Assembly (NCBI GenBank): GCA_964431075.1
Contig: CAYSID010000001.1
Coordinates: forward strand, 1 to 58,566
Direction: 5' to 3'
Source of the DNA: an uncultured Gammaproteobacteria bacterium
Lineage (GTDB): Bacteria > Patescibacteriota > Microgenomatia > JAMCZE01
Length of the DNA: 58,566 nt
The translations under genes were made by a program, and so were the position numbers. The notes beneath the pieces are model-generated. The model saw nothing but the letters and a program-made list of their open reading frames with translations. It searched no databases and was not told where the DNA came from. Below, one piece after another: positions 9,914 to 18,634 of this stretch (position 1 is its first letter; every line of letters begins with the position of its first letter).

Positions 9914-9994
9914 AACGCTATTATATTGCTATTTTAGAAATTATATATTGACAATTGGACAATGGAGATTCGTCTATTAGACTTATTTATTGAT

Positions 9995-10771
9995 TCACTT
10001 CTTCTTTGCGCAGGAAACACAAATTGTGGCCATGGGAATCGCCGCCAAACGGTCGGTATCAATCATCTTGCCGCATTTTTCACAAATGCCATATTTTCCG
10101 ATCCTAATTTTGGTCAGAGCCTTTTTGATTTCAATAAGCAGTCCGTTCATCTGTCGCATCAGGATCTGGGTCCGTTCATGGCCCGATTTTTGATTGGCTT
10201 CGTTGTCATTGGCGGCCTGATCTAAAAGACGGCTTTTATCCTCAAACGGATCCTCTTTTTTGAGTTCGGCCAATTGGTGCTCCGTCGATCGCTTGCGGTC
10301 TTCTAGATATTTTTTTATACCCGTCAAAACGTTTTGGGGAAATTTAATCATAACTTTTACTATTCTAGTATATTTGACCAAAAATAAAAGGAGGGAAAAC
10401 ACTATACCCTCTCTTGTCGCCAAATTACCGGAAACCCCGGTCATGATAATCCCGGGCCAACTGTAAAGCCGGACTGTTTTTATCAAATTTTTCCGTTCGC
10501 GAATAAATATGACGGCCGCGACCCCAAAAACCGCTCCGAGGTAAGAAAACCCCGGATATTTGACAAATAATAAAATCCTTCCCAAATCAGAAAACGTTTC
10601 CTGGTTAAAAAGGCAAAACAAAAGTCGTCCAAAAACAATGCCAAAAAAAACCGCCGCCAACATGGTATCAATCACCCGCTCTTCGTTTAAAGCCTCCTTC
10701 CGCGCTTGCCGCCATAAAACAAAAGCGGCAGTTAAAAATCCAAAACCAATTATTAGTCCGTATGGATTCAT
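9995..10771 (-). CDS. Single ORF joining an Lgt-like N-terminal membrane fragment to a TraR/DksA C4 zinc-finger domain
   Basis: aa 1-140 are hydrophobic and Lgt-like (FGRLLFCLFN...VKYPGFSYLGAVFG). aa 141-258 (MIKFPQNVL...) are TraR/DksA-type with CEKCGKMIDTDRLAAIPMATICVSC. The internal ATG at 10351 would give a stand-alone 119-aa DksA-like protein. Confidence 0.6.
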   Translation of the reverse strand: MNPYGLIIGFGFLTAAFVLWRQARKEALNEERVIDTMLAAVFFGIVFGRLLFCLFNQETFSDLGRILLFVKYPGFSYLGAVFGVAAVIFIRERKNLIKTVRLYSWPGIIMTGVSGNLATREGIVFSLLLFLVKYTRIVKVMIKFPQNVLTGIKKYLEDRKRSTEHQLAELKKEDPFEDKSRLLDQAANDNEANQKSGHERTQILMRQMNGLLIEIKKALTKIRIGKYGICEKCGKMIDTDRLAAIPMATICVSCAKKK

Positions 10772-12003
10772 AATCTCCCAAGCTCCTTATTTATCTTAAG
10801 TAGCGCAATAATGATTATAACTCCAAACCCGGCAAAAACACGGTCCACTCCAAAGAGATCCGACATTGTTCCCGAGAGAATCACAGGCAGCGCAAACACC
10901 AAGCCGCCAAGGGCTGTCAGGACGCCGTAAACCCGGCTTCTAATTTGTTCTGCCGTTTCCGCCTGTAAAATAGTGTTACAGGAAACGTCAACCAAAGCAT
11001 TAAAAAAACCCAAGCCAAATAAAAATAACTGGGCAAATAAAATATTGGGAGCAAAACCAAGAAGGATCATAAACAATCCCGCGCCGAAAATCCCCGTTGG
11101 AATCGCCCGCGACGGAATTATTTTCCTTCCGAATTGCGAGACAACCACCGCTCCGAGAACAATCCCGAAAATCGCCGGACCCAAAAGCTTGACCGAAGCG
11201 TCATTGACATTAAGATGCAAATTGGCGTCGGCAAACCCCGGCAATAAAGTGGTTATTGAGGCAATTACTGTCTGGGATCCCACTAATAAACTCATCGCCA
11301 AAAGAATTTTGTTATTTTTTAAGACATAGTTTTTACCTTCGATCAATTCACTTTTTATCCTTTTGACAACCTCAAAACCCCAACAGTTTTTAAACAAACC
11401 GAGATTTCTTTTTAGCGCCGGCAGAATCGACTGGCCGGGAATCTGAATTACGTTTAAAGAAGCGATAAGATAGACGACAAAAACGATAAAAATTGTCTTA
11501 TCAAGCCCTAAAAGACCAAGGAGCGGTCCGGCAAACAGGCCGCCGGCGAGCATGGTTATAAAAATTGTCAGGGTAAAAACTCCGTTGGCCGTCAGAAGAT
11601 TCTTTTGGGGGACCAAATTAGGAATAATCGGAGCTTCGGCAGGGACAAAAAACTGGGTAATCAAGGAAACGACTGCGGCAAGAAAATAGATAAAAATAAT
11701 CGTCTCTTGGGAAAAAAGAAACAGCAAAACCACCAGAGCCCGGGAAAAATTGGTTAAAAACAAGACGACTCTTTTATCGTACCGGTCCACAATAACTCCG
11801 GCCAGGGAGCCAAAAAGGGCCTGGGGAACAATAAAAGACAGGGTTAAGAGGGATACGGCGGTGTTGCGACCGGTTAGATTATAAGTCTGAATAGCCAAGA
11901 CGAAGGTCAGTAGATTTATCCCGATCTGGGAAAAAAGTTGGGCCAGCCACAAGGCCCGAAATGACCTAATTTTTAAAATTTCCCAAACGGCAATCTTCCC
12001 CAT
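10768..12003 (-). CDS. MFS transporter
   Basis: 411 aa, about 12 hydrophobic segments, MFS loop motif GVIVDRYDKR. Confidence 0.8.
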   Translation of the reverse strand: MGKIAVWEILKIRSFRALWLAQLFSQIGINLLTFVLAIQTYNLTGRNTAVSLLTLSFIVPQALFGSLAGVIVDRYDKRVVLFLTNFSRALVVLLFLFSQETIIFIYFLAAVVSLITQFFVPAEAPIIPNLVPQKNLLTANGVFTLTIFITMLAGGLFAGPLLGLLGLDKTIFIVFVVYLIASLNVIQIPGQSILPALKRNLGLFKNCWGFEVVKRIKSELIEGKNYVLKNNKILLAMSLLVGSQTVIASITTLLPGFADANLHLNVNDASVKLLGPAIFGIVLGAVVVSQFGRKIIPSRAIPTGIFGAGLFMILLGFAPNILFAQLFLFGLGFFNALVDVSCNTILQAETAEQIRSRVYGVLTALGGLVFALPVILSGTMSDLFGVDRVFAGFGVIIIIALLKINKELGRL

Positions 12004-12054
12004 CCGTCTATATTAGCAAATGTTGACAAAATGTGTTATTCTTAAAAACGCCCT

Positions 12055-12495
12055 ATGACCGCGACCGCTCATGCTTTAGTCGGCGCTGCTATCACTGCTA
12101 AAATTCCTGATCCGGCGCTGGCTTTGTCGGTGGCTTTTGTTTCCCACTTTATTTTTGACAAGCTCCCCCACTGGGACGTGATGACCGAAACCGATCACGG
12201 CAACCACAAAACGATTTTTATTAAATCAACAGCTGATGTTTTAACCGGCTTCGGGCTGGTTTTTTTATTTTTTGGAGCCTCCCCCATAATCTTTTTAGGC
12301 GCTTTTGCTGCCCAATTACCCGATTGGTTAGAGATCCCCTCGCTTCTGGGTTTTAAAAATAAGTACTTTCACTGGAACTACCGGCTTCAACACTGGGTCC
12401 ACGATATTTGGTTTAACTCCCGCCTCAAAGCCCCGTGGGGAATAATCACCCAATTAATTGTTATTCTGATCTTTTTATTCTGGGCGCTGAAGTAG
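12055..12495 (+). CDS. Small membrane protein, possibly a DUF457/YdjM-like metal-dependent hydrolase
   Basis: 146 aa. H-rich N-terminus (AHALVGAA...SHFIFDKLPHWD) and hydrophobic segments. The family assignment is tentative. Confidence 0.5.
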   Translation: MTATAHALVGAAITAKIPDPALALSVAFVSHFIFDKLPHWDVMTETDHGNHKTIFIKSTADVLTGFGLVFLFFGASPIIFLGAFAAQLPDWLEIPSLLGFKNKYFHWNYRLQHWVHDIWFNSRLKAPWGIITQLIVILIFLFWALK

Positions 12496-12511
12496 TATAA
12501 TTACTAATATC

Positions 12512-12597
12512 GGCGCGGTGCTGGAATTGGTATACGGGCTGGTCTCAAAAACCAGTGAGGTTAACCCCTCATGAGGGTTCGAGTCCCTCCCGCGCCA
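12512..12597 (+). tRNA. tRNA-Leu (anticodon CAA)
   Basis: Folded by hand. Acceptor GGCGCGG/CCGCGCC plus discriminator A. 3-bp D stem with GAATTGGTATA loop. Anticodon stem CTGGT/ACCAG with loop CTCAAAA. Long variable arm TGAGG-TTAACC-CCTCA. T arm GAGGG-TTCGAGT-CCCTC. CCA is not encoded. Confidence 0.93.
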
Positions 12598-12622
12598 CTT
12601 TTTGTCGACTGTCAATTAGTTG

Positions 12623-12745
12623 TTACGACGCTCTCTTCCCCTCCACCAGATTAAATCTTAATTTATTCCCGGTGAACAGGAAGTTGAACTCGCCGAGGGC
12701 GCCGTTGCGGTGTTTTGCCACCTGTAGGTTAATAGGAATTTTTAT
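12623..12745 (-). pseudogene. Orphan copy of the dnaB 3' end (last ~40 codons plus stop)
   Basis: Minus strand reads KFPINLQVAKHRNGALGEFNFLFTGNKLRFNLVEGKRAS*, against the DnaB tail KIPVNLQVAKHRNGALGEFNFLFTGNKLRFNLVEGKRGS*. 12636..12715 is 80/80 identical to 13504..13583. An upstream in-frame TAA truncates it. Confidence 0.85.
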
Positions 12746-12829
12746 ATGACAATTTTTATATGACAGGGTCAGACCCTGTCACTTATAGTACACGCACAAA
12801 ATTACCCTTGACAGGGTCAGACCCTGACA
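12737..12829 (+). repeat. REP-like hairpins and short direct repeats upstream of the Y1 transposase gene
   Basis: ATTTTTATATGACA occurs twice in tandem. Palindromes TGACAGGGTCAGACCCTGTCA (12761..12781) and TGACAGGGTCAGACCCTGACA (12809..12829) are in the same orientation. Confidence 0.8.
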
Positions 12830-13495
12830 TGTTAAACTAAATTGTGCCGAGAAAAAACTCCAGAAAAATTTATTTTGAGAATGGATTTTACCATGTATAC
12901 AATCGTGGGGTCGAAAAGCGGGAAATTTTTATGGAACCGGCTGACTATGCGTTTTTTCTTCATCTAATTAAAGGGGCTCTGTCCCCACCTGAAAAGCAAA
13001 AACTTTTTGATGAAGGCATTTTTCGTCCACGACGTAAAAATTTCTACGGGAAAATTGATCTTTTATGCTATGTTTTAATGCCAAACCATTTTCATTTCAT
13101 CTTACGTCAAAACGATAAATCAACTATCACTGAATTTATTCGCTCAATTTTGACTTCTTATTCAATGTATTTTAATAAAAAATACGGTCGTGTTGGGGCT
13201 TTATTTCAAGGGGTTTTTAAAGCCATCGATATCCATGAGGAAAATCATCTTTTATGGTTGAGTCGTTATATTCACTTAAATCCAATAAATTTTACAAACT
13301 ACCCTTACTCTTCTTATGATGACTATTTACAAAAGAAAAATACCTCATGGATTAATAAATCGTTAATTTTAGATTATTTTAGCTCTAATCCACTCAAAAA
13401 AAGTAAAAATTATCAGGAGTTTGTCGAGAATAAGAAAAATAATGAAGGCATGGATTTGGAAAATCTCACTCTAGAATCCGATGATCTTGATTAAC
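12746..13495 (+). mobile_element. IS200/IS605-like or REPtron-like cassette (Y1/HUH transposase plus subterminal hairpins) inserted at the dnaB 3' end
   Basis: Bracketed by the two dnaB-tail copies. Contains the hairpins and the transposase ORF. Boundaries are inferred from where the duplicated homology ends. Confidence 0.55.
12844..13494 (+). CDS. Y1 (HUH) transposase, IS200-like / REP-associated tyrosine transposase (RayT-like) family
   Basis: 216 aa, GTG start. FYHVYNRGVEKREIF, HUH motif LMPNHFHFIL, and catalytic-Tyr region WLSRYIHLNP. Its stop overlaps the convergent dnaB stop. Confidence 0.8.
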   Translation: MPRKNSRKIYFENGFYHVYNRGVEKREIFMEPADYAFFLHLIKGALSPPEKQKLFDEGIFRPRRKNFYGKIDLLCYVLMPNHFHFILRQNDKSTITEFIRSILTSYSMYFNKKYGRVGALFQGVFKAIDIHEENHLLWLSRYIHLNPINFTNYPYSSYDDYLQKKNTSWINKSLILDYFSSNPLKKSKNYQEFVENKKNNEGMDLENLTLESDDLD

Positions 13496-14828
13496 TCCCT
13501 CTTTTCCCCTCCACCAGATTAAATCTTAATTTATTCCCGGTGAACAGGAAGTTGAACTCGCCGAGGGCGCCGTTGCGGTGTTTGGCTACTTGCAGATTAA
13601 CGGGGATCTTCCCCGACTGGACTACTGCCGGATCCTCTTCCGCCCGGTACAAAAACATCACTACGTCTGCATCTTGCTCTATACTACCACTCTCGCGAAG
13701 GTCGGCCAATTGGGGAACCTTTTTCTCCCGCGCTTCCACGGCCCTTGAGAGCTGGGAGAGGGCTAAAACCGGAATTTTTAATTCCCGGGCGATGTTCTTA
13801 AGCGATTGAGAAATAATGGATACTTCTTGTACTCGATTATCGAACTTTCGTCCACAATCAACAAGTTGTAAATAATCAACAATCAAAAATTTAAGGTCAT
13901 GTTCTGCTTGCAGACGGCGCGCCTTGGTTCGCATCTCCATAATATTGATCCCGGGGGTATCGTCAATAAATATCGGGGCTTCACTCAGAACTCCCATCGC
14001 CTCCTGCAACTTATCAAAATCCTCATCATCAAGTTTCATGGTTTTAAGTTTCCAGGCATCAATATCCGCCTGCGTTACCAGCAAGCGGTCTCCTAATTCT
14101 TCCTGCGACATTTCCAATGAAAAAATCCCCACCGGCAGTTTTTCTTTGGTGGCAATATGCAGGGCAATGTTTAGAGAAATGGCAGTCTTCCCAACTCCAG
14201 GACGTGATGCTAAAACCAATAGATTGGAATCCTGCATCCCGGCCAGTAAATTATCAAGGTCGCGAAAACCGGTTGCGAGTCCCCGGTAACCTGTCGCTCC
14301 ACGCTTCTGCAGCTCATCAAGCCGGTCAAAACTCTGGGCAAGTATGTCCTTCATGGGGATAAAATTTTTTGCCAAACTTTCCTGGGAAATAGCGAATAAT
14401 TTTTGTTCGGCGCTGTCCAGTACATCTCGCAACTGTCGGGCTTCATCGAACGCCGAATCAGTTATCTCCGCAGCCGTCTTGATGAGAGACCGTTTGGAGG
14501 CGTGGTCTCTGACAATCCGGCCGTACTGCTCGACATGAGCCGCCGTGGGAACTTTATTCACCAAATCAGACAGGTATTCTATTCCGCCAGCTTCCTTAAG
14601 CTTTTTTTGTTCTTTCAACTTTTCCTTGATCGTCACAAGATCAATCGGTTGGCGCTGTTCAAACAGCGCCAACATGGCGGAGTAAATAAGACCATTGGCG
14701 GGATTATAAAAATGTTCCGGGCGCAAGAAGCCGGCCACTTCGACAATGGCATCACGATCCAGCATAACCGCGCCAAGAACCGATGTTTCGGCGTCGGCAG
14801 AATGAGGGGGAATTTTAGTTACAGCCAT
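13491..14828 (-). CDS. dnaB: Replicative DNA helicase DnaB
   Basis: 445 aa. N-terminus PPHSADAETSVLGA, Walker A SRPGVGKTA, Walker B LIVDYLQL, and SQLSR. Confidence 0.93.
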   Translation of the reverse strand: MAVTKIPPHSADAETSVLGAVMLDRDAIVEVAGFLRPEHFYNPANGLIYSAMLALFEQRQPIDLVTIKEKLKEQKKLKEAGGIEYLSDLVNKVPTAAHVEQYGRIVRDHASKRSLIKTAAEITDSAFDEARQLRDVLDSAEQKLFAISQESLAKNFIPMKDILAQSFDRLDELQKRGATGYRGLATGFRDLDNLLAGMQDSNLLVLASRPGVGKTAISLNIALHIATKEKLPVGIFSLEMSQEELGDRLLVTQADIDAWKLKTMKLDDEDFDKLQEAMGVLSEAPIFIDDTPGINIMEMRTKARRLQAEHDLKFLIVDYLQLVDCGRKFDNRVQEVSIISQSLKNIARELKIPVLALSQLSRAVEAREKKVPQLADLRESGSIEQDADVVMFLYRAEEDPAVVQSGKIPVNLQVAKHRNGALGEFNFLFTGNKLRFNLVEGKRGS

Positions 14829-15265
14829 ACGACTTCCATTAAATCAGACAATTTGTCCGCAGAAGTCACCAGTTTCGGCAATTTTACTAAACCTTCTTTT
14901 CCCAAGTCCCTGATGACTTTTTTGACATTCTCCTCTTCACCCATGGGAACAACTAGTTTTGGCTCAATTTTAGCCACCGCCGCAGAATCATCGGTGAATA
15001 AAACGTCGACGCCGTCAATTTCCTCTTTTTGACTCGCCGGGTAAAGAAAAACAACCTCGTCAATTTTGGCTCTAAAAATCAATTTATCACCGTCAATAAC
15101 CGCCAAGACCGCCACTCCCTTCACTTCATACTCTCCCGGTCCGGCAATCCTAAAATCCTCAATCAGTAATTCTCCGGGGGCAAAAATTACCGTGCAGTTC
15201 TTACTCTTAACTTTGAAACTTAAACCGCCAACATGAACAATCTCCATAGACAGTTTATAACCCAA
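14819..15265 (-). CDS. Hypothetical protein
   Basis: 148-aa ORF (alternative ATG at 15247) overlapping the dnaB start by 10 bp. No motif recognised. It occupies the position often taken by rplI but does not look like L9. Confidence 0.5.
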   Translation of the reverse strand: MGYKLSMEIVHVGGLSFKVKSKNCTVIFAPGELLIEDFRIAGPGEYEVKGVAVLAVIDGDKLIFRAKIDEVVFLYPASQKEEIDGVDVLFTDDSAAVAKIEPKLVVPMGEEENVKKVIRDLGKEGLVKLPKLVTSADKLSDLMEVVWL

Positions 15266-15315
15266 TAATGAATTCTTGACAATATATCAATTGACGGTTA
15301 TTATCCGAAAAGCTT

Positions 15316-15744
15316 ATGAAGGAGAAGTTTCTAACCGCTGTGATCGGTCTTGGGATCGGATTAGTTATCGCCGCCGGCATCTTTTTCGGCCCCAATTTTC
15401 TGTCCCGCCTTACTTCCCAAAAAGTCCTGACCTCCCCCGTCTCCCAAATTTCTCCAACTCCTAGCCCCCAAAGCACCCCAAACCCCCTTGTGTCCCTTAC
15501 CTCACCAACCGATCAAATCGTCGCCGCAAAAACCATCGAGGTTGCCGGCCAATCATTTCCCGGAGCAACCATAATCATTACCTCCCCGGCTGACGAACAA
15601 ACGGTCAAGACCGATGACCAAGGTAATTTTAAAGTTAATTTAAAAATTGATGAAGGCGAAAATACAATTCTTGCCGCCACAACTGATCAACGTGGCGCTT
15701 TACAAACCGCTAAAAAACAAATTATTTTAGAAATAAATGAATAG
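15316..15744 (+). CDS. Membrane-anchored or secreted hypothetical protein
   Basis: 142 aa. N-terminal TM helix, S/P/T-rich linker, beta-rich domain. Confidence 0.55.
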   Translation: MKEKFLTAVIGLGIGLVIAAGIFFGPNFLSRLTSQKVLTSPVSQISPTPSPQSTPNPLVSLTSPTDQIVAAKTIEVAGQSFPGATIIITSPADEQTVKTDDQGNFKVNLKIDEGENTILAATTDQRGALQTAKKQIILEINE

Positions 15745-16345
15745 TATAATTTTTATAATTTTTATATTTTTTATAAACGTTAGCTTCCACCCAGTCTTTG
15801 CCGCAACCGCGACCGAATCTGCCGCCCAAAATCTTCTGGACCGGGTGGCAACAAAAGTTGCCACTCTCGCGGAAAAATTAAAACGCGGCGCCGCCGGAGA
15901 AATAACCGCCATTTCTTCAAAATCAATAAGCCTTGGTGACCAGAAAATAATAACCTCCGAAGCGACAGTTTATTACCGGATCAAAGCCGGCAATCGGTCG
16001 GTCATAGATTTTAAAAATTTGGTCAAGGGTGACGATATTGCCGCTGTCGGCATATCCGACACTTCAACCGGAGATCTAACCGCCCGACAAATAATTGCCA
16101 AAATTCAGAGACTGGTTTTAGCCGGAAAGGTGACAAGCATTGACAAGAAAAATAATCTTTACACTCTTAACGGAAAGGAGGCGGAGATTGACGCCGCCAC
16201 CACAGTCAAAAAGGCCACCGCTTCCGGCTTTCTTAAAGCTAAGTATTCGGACATCGCCGTTGGGGATAATTTAATAATTTACGGTTATTATAATAAACCG
16301 ACCGACCCTCTCACCGCTCTCAAAGCTTTGATTATTTCGCAATAA
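15737..16345 (+). CDS. Secreted hypothetical protein
   Basis: 202 aa. Signal-peptide-like N-terminus (IIFIIFIFFINVSFHPVFA). Overlaps the upstream ORF by 8 bp. Confidence 0.55.
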   Translation: MNSIIFIIFIFFINVSFHPVFAATATESAAQNLLDRVATKVATLAEKLKRGAAGEITAISSKSISLGDQKIITSEATVYYRIKAGNRSVIDFKNLVKGDDIAAVGISDTSTGDLTARQIIAKIQRLVLAGKVTSIDKKNNLYTLNGKEAEIDAATTVKKATASGFLKAKYSDIAVGDNLIIYGYYNKPTDPLTALKALIISQ

Positions 16346-16506
16346 AACAACCCACCTTTTTTATGTTTTTAGTCATTTTTAATGATCGATCCATATAGTG
16401 CACGTGCAATACCTTAATCAATTACCCCCCCTTTTTTTTTGCAAACCTGGATTTTTTTTGATTCCGGCTTCCAAAAGTTATAAATTTTCTGCTAAAATAA
16501 CAATAT

Positions 16507-17727
16507 ATGGGCAACATAGATAAAAAACTAACTGAACCACGAACTCTCCCCGGCTTTCGGGACTTTTTACCTGCAGACGCAATAAAGAGACAATATGCCA
16601 TTGATATTATTCGCCAAACCTGTGAATCCTACGGTTTTCAACCGTTGGAAACGCCAGCGGTTGAATATTTAGAAACTTTTGCCGGCCAAATTGGCGAAGA
16701 TGAAAAATTATTTTTCAAATTTGAGGATCAGGGCGGCCGCCAAGTGGCCCTGCGCTATGATCAGACCGTTCCTACCTGCCGCGTGGTGGCTCAATATCCT
16801 AACGAAATAAAATTGCCGTTTAAGCGGTATCAAATTCAAACCGTCTGGCGATCGGAAAAACCGCAAAAGGGCCGTTACCGCGAATTTTTGCAATGCGACG
16901 CGGATATTTTTGGGGTTGACGCCCGAACGGCCGACGGCGAAACCGTGGCTCTGACCATTGATATTTTTAAAAACCTAGGCTTTAAAAAGCCCATAGCGAT
17001 TATTAATGACCGGGCTTTATACGCCGGCATCCCCTATGAGGCCATTGTTACCATTGACAAACTGGATAAAATTGGCGAGAGCGGGGTTGTTGCTGAACTT
17101 GAAAAGAAAGGCTTTTCCAAAGAAATTTTAGAGAAAGTTAAGAACAATAAACCCAACAAAGAACTGGAAACAGTTTTTGAATTTTTAAATAATTACGGAC
17201 TTAAAGAAAATCATATTTTCAAACCAACGCTGGCACGATCTTTTTCTTACTCCACCGGCACGATTTGGGAAGTTATTGATGAAAATTTTAAATCCGGATC
17301 GCTGGCCGGCGGTGAACGATTTGACAGTTTAGTGTCAAAATTTTCCAACCAGAGTGTCCCCGGAGTTGGCTTTGCCATCGGTTTTGATCGGACAATATTG
17401 GCTATGGAGGAATTGGGGTTATTCCCCGATTTAACAACTAAAACTAAAGCATTAGTTACAATTTTTAATCCCGGATTATTAGAAAATGCGCAGGTAATGA
17501 CTCGAGGCTTGCGCGAACAAAAAATAAACACGGATTTATATCCCGACCCGGGGGTAAAACTTGACAAGCAACTTAAATATGCGGATCAGAAAGGGATACC
17601 TTATGCCATAATTATTGGTCCGGATGAAGCGGCCAAAGGCCTCTTAACTTTAAAGAATTTAAAAACAAAAACCCAGACTACCCTTTCGTTCTTTGATGCG
17701 GTAAAGTTAATTGGTGAACAAAATTAA
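16507..17727 (+). CDS. hisS: Histidyl-tRNA synthetase
   Basis: 406 aa. LPGFRDFLP, ALRYDQTVP, and class II motif 2 RYQIQTVWRSEKPQKGRYREFLQCDADIFG. Confidence 0.92.
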   Translation: MGNIDKKLTEPRTLPGFRDFLPADAIKRQYAIDIIRQTCESYGFQPLETPAVEYLETFAGQIGEDEKLFFKFEDQGGRQVALRYDQTVPTCRVVAQYPNEIKLPFKRYQIQTVWRSEKPQKGRYREFLQCDADIFGVDARTADGETVALTIDIFKNLGFKKPIAIINDRALYAGIPYEAIVTIDKLDKIGESGVVAELEKKGFSKEILEKVKNNKPNKELETVFEFLNNYGLKENHIFKPTLARSFSYSTGTIWEVIDENFKSGSLAGGERFDSLVSKFSNQSVPGVGFAIGFDRTILAMEELGLFPDLTTKTKALVTIFNPGLLENAQVMTRGLREQKINTDLYPDPGVKLDKQLKYADQKGIPYAIIIGPDEAAKGLLTLKNLKTKTQTTLSFFDAVKLIGEQN

Positions 17728-18622
17728 CCTTCCCATTCTCGCCATTATTATTTCCAACCTGATTTGGGGGGCAACGCCGCCGATTATGAAATTAACTTTG
17801 GAAACGGTCCCGGTTTTTTTTCTCGCCTTCGGCCGCTTTTTAATCGCCTGTCTAATCCTCTACCCCCTCCTTCACACCAAGTTAAAATACTCCGATCTTA
17901 AAAATAAATTTCTTTGGATCTACGCCCTGTGCGGGGTAACCTTAAATATTTCCCTTTTTTTTCTGGCCCTAAAATTCACTTCTTCCATCAACGCTTCAAT
18001 TATCGGCGCCGCCGCCCCGCTGATTATCTTTATTTTCAGCATTCTTATTCTTAAAGAGACCGTTAAAAAACGGGAAATAATCGGCATGGGGGTCGCTTTT
18101 GCCGGAATTATGTTGGTTGTGTTGGAGCCCGTTTTAATTTACGGATTAAACGGCCATGTTTTTGGCAATATCCTGATGATTCTGGCCACCTTGGGAGCGG
18201 TCGCCGCCACCCTTGCCGGCCGAAAGTTTTTAACGGCTAAAAATGCTTACCCCCTGACCTTTTGGATTTTCTTTATCGGGATGTTTTCTTTTTTGCCCCT
18301 TGCTCTTTTAGAATATTTTACTAATCCGACGGCAATCTCTAACATTGATTTAAAAGGGGTTTTGGGCTTCGCCTTCGGGGGTATTTTTGCTTCGACCATC
18401 GCCTATGGAGCCCATAATTTTGCCCTCTCCCGTTTACCAGCCCACGAAGTGAGCGTTTTTACTTACATGGATCCGGTCATTGCTGTTTTAATCGCCATTC
18501 CCCTTTTGGGTGAAAAAATCACTTTTCCGTTTATTTTTGGCTCAATCTTAATTTTTACCGGCATCTTCATCGCCGAAAAACGCCTCCACTGGCACCCACT
18601 ACACAAACTCTTAAAAAAATAA
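17711..18622 (+). CDS. EamA/DMT-family transporter
   Basis: 303 aa, about 10 TM helices arranged as two EamA-like halves. Confidence 0.75.
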   Translation: MVNKINLPILAIIISNLIWGATPPIMKLTLETVPVFFLAFGRFLIACLILYPLLHTKLKYSDLKNKFLWIYALCGVTLNISLFFLALKFTSSINASIIGAAAPLIIFIFSILILKETVKKREIIGMGVAFAGIMLVVLEPVLIYGLNGHVFGNILMILATLGAVAATLAGRKFLTAKNAYPLTFWIFFIGMFSFLPLALLEYFTNPTAISNIDLKGVLGFAFGGIFASTIAYGAHNFALSRLPAHEVSVFTYMDPVIAVLIAIPLLGEKITFPFIFGSILIFTGIFIAEKRLHWHPLHKLLKK

Positions 18623-18634
18623 TATAATAAAGGG

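Noticed and set aside
14403-15032. 209-aa plus-strand ORF, and many similar track ORFs such as 3693..4043, 10973..11329, 13924..14289, 23224..23748, 34046..34444, 39784..40212 and 35424..35813.
   Set aside because: They lie antisense to, or out of frame within, well-supported genes (dnaB, yebC, MFS, ctpA, the kinase, dnaX, cysS). They have low-complexity or odd composition and no motifs. I treat them as shadow ORFs.
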